A stretch of DNA of 64,000 bases from Octopus sinensis (taxonomy: Eukaryota): contig NC_043006.1 in assembly GCF_006345805.1 (NCBI RefSeq), positions 97,712,001 through 97,776,000 on the forward strand, written 5' to 3'. Below, piece after piece: positions 56,091 to 64,000 of the stretch. The notes beneath the pieces were generated by a model. That model searched no databases. It saw nothing but the letters and a program-made list of their open reading frames with translations, and was not told the origin of the DNA. Within the stretch, counting starts at the first letter, position 1. Each line of letters starts with the position of its first letter. The position numbers were made by a program, and so were the translations under genes.

Positions 56091-56699
56091 AATTTCTAAC
56101 CATACTGAGCTCCACCTCCTCTGTCGTCACACTTTGCTTCTCTCTCTCTCTCTCGTTCTCTTTTACCACAAAAGCAGGCGTATATGTGTGTGTGTGTGTG
56201 TGCGTGTGCATGTATGCATACACATATGTTTCTCTGTGTGTGCATATATATGTATAAGGATTGATTGCAGCTGGATCTTATTTTGCAATCACGTGATGCT
56301 AAAGATCCTATTCGTGATATTTCTGGAACTCTGATAAAGAATACGTGTATTTGTTGATGATTCGACCACAATTTGTCAAAAATGTCGTCAAGTAAATAAA
56401 CTTTATGGGAGTCGCGGTAATTGTCATTTTTTCCCACATTCATTGAAAAGAGCATAGCATCCACCCGATTTCGTGGCACTGATGAACCATTCTACACGTT
56501 GAGGATTAGTGTGGTCACAAAACCAACCACTACATGGTCACATTGCATCATAACCTCGGTAGATATGTCATTAATTCCGAGGTTACTCGATTAGATCGAC
56601 GCATACACCCATCCACTGACTCAGAACACACGCACGCATACACATATACTCACGTAGATATATGCATACTCTGAGAAGAATAAAAAGGTAAACTCTATC

Positions 56700-56769
56700 C
56701 CTCTATCTGTCTGTCTGTTTGTCTGTTGTCCGTCCATCTGTCTGTCTGTCTGTCTGCCTAACTATCTAT

Positions 56770-56846
<77 letters not shown>

Positions 56847-56885
56847 GATCTACCTACCTAACTACCTATCTATCTATCTATGTAT

Positions 56886-56929
<44 letters not shown>

Positions 56930-57021
56930 ATATATATATATCTATCTATCTATCTATCTGTATATCTACACACACAAAAACACACACAAACACACACACA
57001 AACACACACACACACACACAC
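56700..57021. repeat. (TGTC)/(TATC)n/(CA)n compound microsatellite
   Basis: Read directly. Confidence 0.93.
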
Positions 57022-57504
57022 ATTCAAAAACGAATTTCTGGAACATCAATAAAAATATTGCACATAAAGATATCGCACGCGCGCATACACACGTACGTAT
57101 ATACTTAATGAATACTTCAGGTACAACGAGATATGTATTAGATAATTATAAAAGTATTTTAAATAATTTTTCAGATTTTAAAGATATATTTATATCTGTC
57201 TAAATTCTAAAGCGAATAACATAAAAACGGAAATGTAACACATTTATTTTAGATTTTCTAGTACATTATATGTTATTTATAAAATATAAATTATTTTATC
57301 ACAACATCGACAAAAGTATACAGACGCTAAATTCGGGTTTCTTTTTGTTTTAATTAATAATTGCTATAAGTTGCTTTTGTGCATAGAAACATGAAGACAA
57401 TGGGTTTTCTGCTAAATAGTGAACGTGAATTGATACTTGTCAGCATAACCTTGGTCATTCTGTGCGAGAAGTGAATATCGAAATGTATATAATATAATAT
57501 AATA

Positions 57505-57745
57505 TCTATTATGTGTGTGTGTCTTCTAGGATCTCGGGCATCCTCCATCCGATTGCGCTCAAATTTGATATGTCGATACCGACGGTATCAGGGCGTATAT
57601 AGACTTGACAATTTTACAAAAATCGAATTCAGGTGAGATTGCGATCAATAAAGCCGCCGTGGTAACGTGCATTTGCACGCGCAAGTACATCAGTTGTTGC
57701 AATCGATACTACGCGTACGCGAGATAAATGCACGTGCTGTTTGCG
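57505..57745 (+). mobile_element. Possible Helitron-derived 5' fragment
   Basis: A|TCTATTATGTGTGTGTGTC start and a CCATCCGATTGCGCTCAAATTTGATATG motif resembling non-autonomous Helitron interiors. No 3' end found. Confidence 0.35.
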
Positions 57746-58325
57746 CAAAAAAAAGCCGACTGGCTTGGAATAATGCTACAAAATGCAGTATATTTAAGAG
57801 ACCGAAAAAGTAAGATGCAAAAGAGATATTTTCTTCAAACTTGACATGACGATTAAAGATTTAATGTAAACATTAAAGATTTGTAAGTACGCGGTGCTTC
57901 CTTATGCAAACATAATATGCTATGAGGTATACTGAATGTTTTCATAGAATTTATAGCAAGCGCTGAATTTTTGGACCAGCGTTTCGTACTGAGACGTCAG
58001 ATGTAAACACTAATTACCCACTTTGTCTTCGATCACATTTTCTCTTTACTTCTGACGGCTCGATACGAAACGTTGTAGCAAAAATCAGAGCTGGCTAAGT
58101 TGTATAGAATATCTGTAGAAATAGCACCGCTGATGCAATAGAACGTGGAACTGACTTATGAAAACATTTTCTATATCTTATAGTATAGTGTATTGTAATA
58201 AAGAAGTGCCACGTACCTAAAATTTTTTAAAGATATATGTATCTTTATATAAGAAATAATTAAGATTCAGTTGATTAAGGCAATTAAGTTGATGTACCGA
58301 GCCAGTCTGGTAAATGAAGGCTCGA

Positions 58326-58728
58326 AGGTAGGAGTGGCTGTGTGGTAAGTAGCTTGCTTACCAACCACATGCTTCCGGGTTCAGTCCCACTGCGTGGCAT
58401 CTTGGGCAAGTGTCTTCTGCTATAGCCCCGGGTCGACCAATGCCTTGTGAGTGGATTTGGTAGACGGAAACTGAAAGAAGCCTGTCGTATATATGTATAT
58501 ATATATGTATATGTATGTATGTGTATGTGTTTGTACCCCTAGCATTGCTTGACAACCGATGCTGGTGTGTTTACGTCCACGTCACTTAGCGGTTCGGCAA
58601 AAGAGACCGATAGAATAAGTACTGGGCTTACAAAGCATAAGTCTCGAGGTCGAGTTGCTCGACTAAAGGCGGTGCTCCAGCATGGCCGCAGTCAAATGAC
58701 TGAAACACGTAAAAGAGTAAAAGAGTAA
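58326..58728 (+). mobile_element. SINE family B, full length
   Basis: Matches 28476-28890. Confidence 0.92.
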
Positions 58729-58729
58729 A

Positions 58730-58762
<33 letters not shown>

Positions 58763-58767
<5 letters not shown>

Positions 58768-59317
58768 AAGTCAAATTGCGATAAAATAAATTATTATCGC
58801 TGGTATTTCTAGCACAAGCCATATATTTTTCATATATCAGTACATTAAGGCGAAATATGTGTTAGAAACACAGAAGCTAGATAAATTTAGTGAAATGAAG
58901 ATAAAAACATTTACTAACTCGGTTCCTCTTAGACTGCAGTTTCGTTCTTTTCATCAATAAAGATAATTTATTTGCTCAGGGAGAATTCATCGGTAAGAGC
59001 CCTGTTGTTCTGAGATCCTAACTCACTAGAAGCATGTGCTTCTAATGATTTGCTCTCTCTAACTAATCAGATCACCGCGCCGACTCAGAACGTCCCGACA
59101 AAACTAGGGATTTCTGGTATATTGTCTAACGCTCAAAATTTATCGAGAAATATGTAAACAAGTCAAATTGCGATAAAATAAATTATTATCGCTGGTATTT
59201 CTAGCACAAGCCATATATTTTTCATATATCAGTACATTAAGGCGAAATATGTGTTAGAAACACAGAAGCTAGATAAATTTAGTGAAATGAAGATAAAAAC
59301 ATTTACTAACTCGGTTC

Positions 59318-59321
<4 letters not shown>
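58763..59321. repeat. Exact 167-bp direct repeat with 225-bp unique spacer
   Basis: 58763-58929 is identical to 59155-59321. Confidence 0.95.
58933..58992 (+). other. Candidate 60-nt spliced exon, product unknown
   Basis: TACTAAC at 58912-58918, pyrimidine run, AG at 58931-58932, GTAAGA at 58993. Length divisible by 3; two frames open (TAVSFFSSIKIIYLLRENSS or xCSFVLFINKDNLFAQGEFIx). Confidence 0.3.
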
Positions 59322-59371
<50 letters not shown>

Positions 59372-59409
59372 ATGTGTGTATGCATGTATATGTGTGTGTG
59401 CCTATGTGC

Positions 59410-59440
<31 letters not shown>

Positions 59441-60379
59441 TATGCATACACACATAATATGCACGACACGCATACACAAACACACAGAGACACACACACA
59501 CAGACACACACACAGAAACACACACACAGACATCTGATTAAGCTCAACCCGTAAAAGTTTAAAAAATGTAGTTTAACTGATTTCATTTTATCATAGGTTT
59601 TACACGCACATCCGCATACGCATACATACATGCGTGAGTGCTTGTGTTTTTAAGTATGCTCGAGTGTTTTTGTTTGTGTGTGAGTGTTAGCGTGTCTGTG
59701 TGTGTGTGTTCATACACAAACCTCAGACTAAGAAAAGAAAATTGGGTTAAGCCTTTACGGGCTTGCGTTATGACCTCAGATACAAAGCAATAACCGTATT
59801 TTCTCTGCTTGTGAGGACATTGGTGTAACATACACCACCTCCAGTCATTTCATCCCTATCTGGACCCTATACCATCCTGAAACATCGGTGGGCCGAGGAA
59901 CTTTAATGTTGTCCATAAATCATAAAGGACTGCTAATATAAAAGATAACGCAATAAAAGAGATAATGGATGAATGCTGTTATGTTGGTGTTGTAAGCCAA
60001 CATATTAAAGCAAAAGTAATAACATACACACATACGTACAAGCGCATACACACGCACACATACACACAGATATACGTACACACACACACACAAATTGCTT
60101 GTATGTCAAACAATGTAAACCTTTTAACGCAGTACACCGAAATAGTCTCTATATTGTGAGAAAAATATAACAAATGTCATCTACTTTTACTCTTTATACA
60201 GAAAAATGTATCTACCTGACCAGTTTTCAATGTCTCTTAATGTGAATCAGAGACAGAAAAAAAAAGGAAACGCTACTATTTGACTTGTCCGCCGAGAGAA
60301 ATGTAGCAAATAGCCATCTATATTTACTAGACGCAGCCTGTTTGCTTTCCAGAGTAGCCCGATTTGCATAAATAGTAAT

Positions 60380-60722
<343 letters not shown>

Positions 60723-61019
60723 CACTCACTAATTGTCTCTCTGCATACATATACCAGCTTTAACAGTAAAATTGTCGCTCTCACAAATTCTTAAATTTTT
60801 TCAAAACCAATAAATATATCGATTTGCAATTTTCCACTTTTTAAGGTATTTAGTTAGAAAGAGGACAGGCTCTGAAATTGCTTCCTGTCAGCTTTACCGT
60901 GTCTTCCCAAATGAGCAATGTTGAAAGGGCTAAGGTCATCCAGTAATGGTGCCAACATTCTACTAGCTGGTTCCTATCTTCAAAGTCCATTGAAGAACCA
61001 TCAGGAGAATTATGAATAA

Positions 61020-61300
61020 GTTTGGGAAAGAGGAAATAGTGGAAAGGAAAACTGGATCAGGAGGTCATAACAGCAAGAGGGATCTTCATTTCAATCTGGA
61101 TTTGAAGAAAGCAATCAGAAGGGATTCAACTCAATCCATATGACGTTTGGTACGTAAGAGAGGTGTTTTGGCTATGAACGTTCCAAGAGCAGTGACAGCA
61201 AACTTGAAAATGAAATTGTACTGAAACATGTGAGGCACCCAGTTACACCGGGGCAAAAAAATTAGAAAGCTGGAGACGGCGGACAAAGTGAAACATATCC
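61020..61300 (+). mobile_element. DD37D/maT-type transposase N-terminal relic
   Basis: ERKTGSGGHNSKRD...LKKAIRRDSTQSI*RL...RAV..NLKMKLY resembles RKPGSGGHNKKR...KI..DPTTSMRRL...RAV..DLGLKSY. Contains stops. Confidence 0.6.
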
Positions 61301-61385
61301 TTTGTGTGATCTTTTACACAGATGAGTAAATCATGCTAACAGTTACTCAAATCCATTCTCATTGCATTGTGCGCAAGTACATTTA

Positions 61386-61879
61386 TATGCATGCTGGCAT
61401 CTAGAAAGTCTTTCAGAAATTCTATTCATGATCTTATTGGTCCACGGAATAGAGAAGGATTCGTCGGAACAGAGCAGGCATCTCCTAGAAATGATATTAT
61501 ATGGTTCTGTGTGCCCATTGATGAACCTCTGTATCAGTACGAATTTTGCATATAACTGTACCGTGCACAGAAAGGGAGGATCGTAAGTTTACGCTGGGCA
61601 AACGTCTTTTTCATTCAAGAACCGTTATCGCAACCATGTCACCAGCTTCAGGAGAATCAATAAGAGACATTCAACATCTTTGGCCGATTTTTTAAGGCGG
61701 CTGAATGAAAATGAAATTAAGTATAGCATAACTTTGTCCATAATATGGCATGCAAAACCATATAATATCATTTCCATGAGATTTCGGCTCTGCTCTGAGG
61801 AATCCCTGCCTATTCTGTGGACCAATGAGAAGATCATTAAGAGAATTTCTGAAAGACTTTCATGTTACCTGCATGCATA
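61386..61879. repeat. ~135-bp diverged inverted repeat (roughly 80% by eye), ~225-bp spacer
   Basis: Arms ~61386-61520 and ~61745-61879; also visible as similar peptides in opposite-strand ORFs. Confidence 0.85.
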
Positions 61880-63099
61880 AAAATCTACTTTCGCACAATG
61901 CAGTTACTCAATGAACTTGAGTAACTGTTAATATAACTTACTTTAAGGTATGGATGAATTAAGCCTAGATTTAACTTCCCCGTTCTTATAAACACCAAGT
62001 AGCTACTTAACTTGCTATGTGACAGTATGGGCACCAAACCAAATGTATGCGTATGCCTACATCTTAGTGGATGCTTGCATGAGCGAGTGTACATGCGCCA
62101 TACAACTTACGCGAGGGCGTTTATACATCCATATTCGTTAACAGTTATTTTAAATACTTTTTTCACTGCATTGTGTGTTCGTTTCTTTTCTGCATCTGCT
62201 ATTTTATTATTGATCTTCTATATAAATGAAACTATATCCTTTAATTTGCTGCTTTTCGTTACAAGAAATGAGAATATACATTAGAGAACTGTTATTTTAG
62301 CATGTTGTTTTACCGACTTGTATCTGTTTGCCACCCGAAGAGACAAATCTGCGCCGTTGGATGCTCCTGAGTCAGTTGTTAAGTATTCCACCCGTGAAGG
62401 ATCGATACTACATGTGTCGAAACAATTGCAGTGATTAATAAAAATTCTCGTGCCTTCCATTTTCCATCTTTCATTTACCACACACACACACACACGCACA
62501 CACACACACACACACACACATGCACACACACACATATTTATATAAAGAGATATTGATAGAGATATGCATACACACATATGTATACATATAAATATATTTA
62601 AATTTACACAGTGCTTGCTCACAAATACCCATTTATACAAACGGTCGTAGAACTGCTCACATAGATCTATGTGCAATCATACGATGTTCGTGTCATAATT
62701 GCAAAGGATATTCTTAGATTCAAAGAAAATTTGTTTGTCTCAACTGAACATTAGCATTCTTCAAAAGTAAAATAGAAATATTTTCTGATATTGCATAAGT
62801 AACGTAAGTAATATAATATTATAAGATTCATTCATGATCAAACGGATGGCTTATAAAGGAATTCGCTTTTGTAATGATTCGGATAGTTTAACATATTTTT
62901 AATAACTATCACATGTTTGAACTAACCTATTGCGCATAGCGTTGGATTAAACGCGTTTCTCATTTTGGATATGTGTTTCTGTCAGATCAGGATATCAAAG
63001 TGTGAGATCGTTTTGTTATTTATTCGATATTTATTACATCGTGTTGCTCGATTCAGCTATTTAAAAAAAAAAGATATATTGTGGATACGCGCACGCAAT

Positions 63100-63975
<876 letters not shown>

Positions 63976-64000
63976 TGTATATATATATGGATTTTTATAT

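Noticed and set aside
58933-58992. Resemblance of SFVLFINKDNLF to the G-alpha ILFLNKxDLF segment
   Set aside because: The G4 motif NKxD is absent (NKDN) and the flanks do not match.

Overview
This is AT-rich eukaryotic DNA, dense in microsatellites and interspersed repeats. The SINE families resemble Octopus (cephalopod) repeats as I recall them; this is recognition from memory, not a database result. I recognise no host protein-coding gene, so the window looks intergenic or intronic, and almost every ORF in the supplied track is a microsatellite artefact or antisense to a retroelement. Supported content: (1) about 20 tRNA-head SINE copies from four head/tail module combinations, several with target-site duplications (TSDs); (2) LINE relics (L1/Tx1-like RT, three RTE 3' ends, one CR1-like, Penelope-like); (3) Tc1/mariner relics (a mariner and two DD37D/maT pieces); (4) non-autonomous Helitrons; (5) many di-, tri- and tetranucleotide arrays. 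The most notable unexplained structure is a set of hammerhead-ribozyme motifs in short Penelope-like termini embedded in (TA)n tracts, one with an intact catalytic core at 11977-12070 (-). Also notable are several long inverted repeats or hairpins, SINE concatemers sharing one junction, an RTE-like 3' end with three tandem C2H2 fingers, and an exact 167-bp duplication flanking a candidate 60-nt exon.
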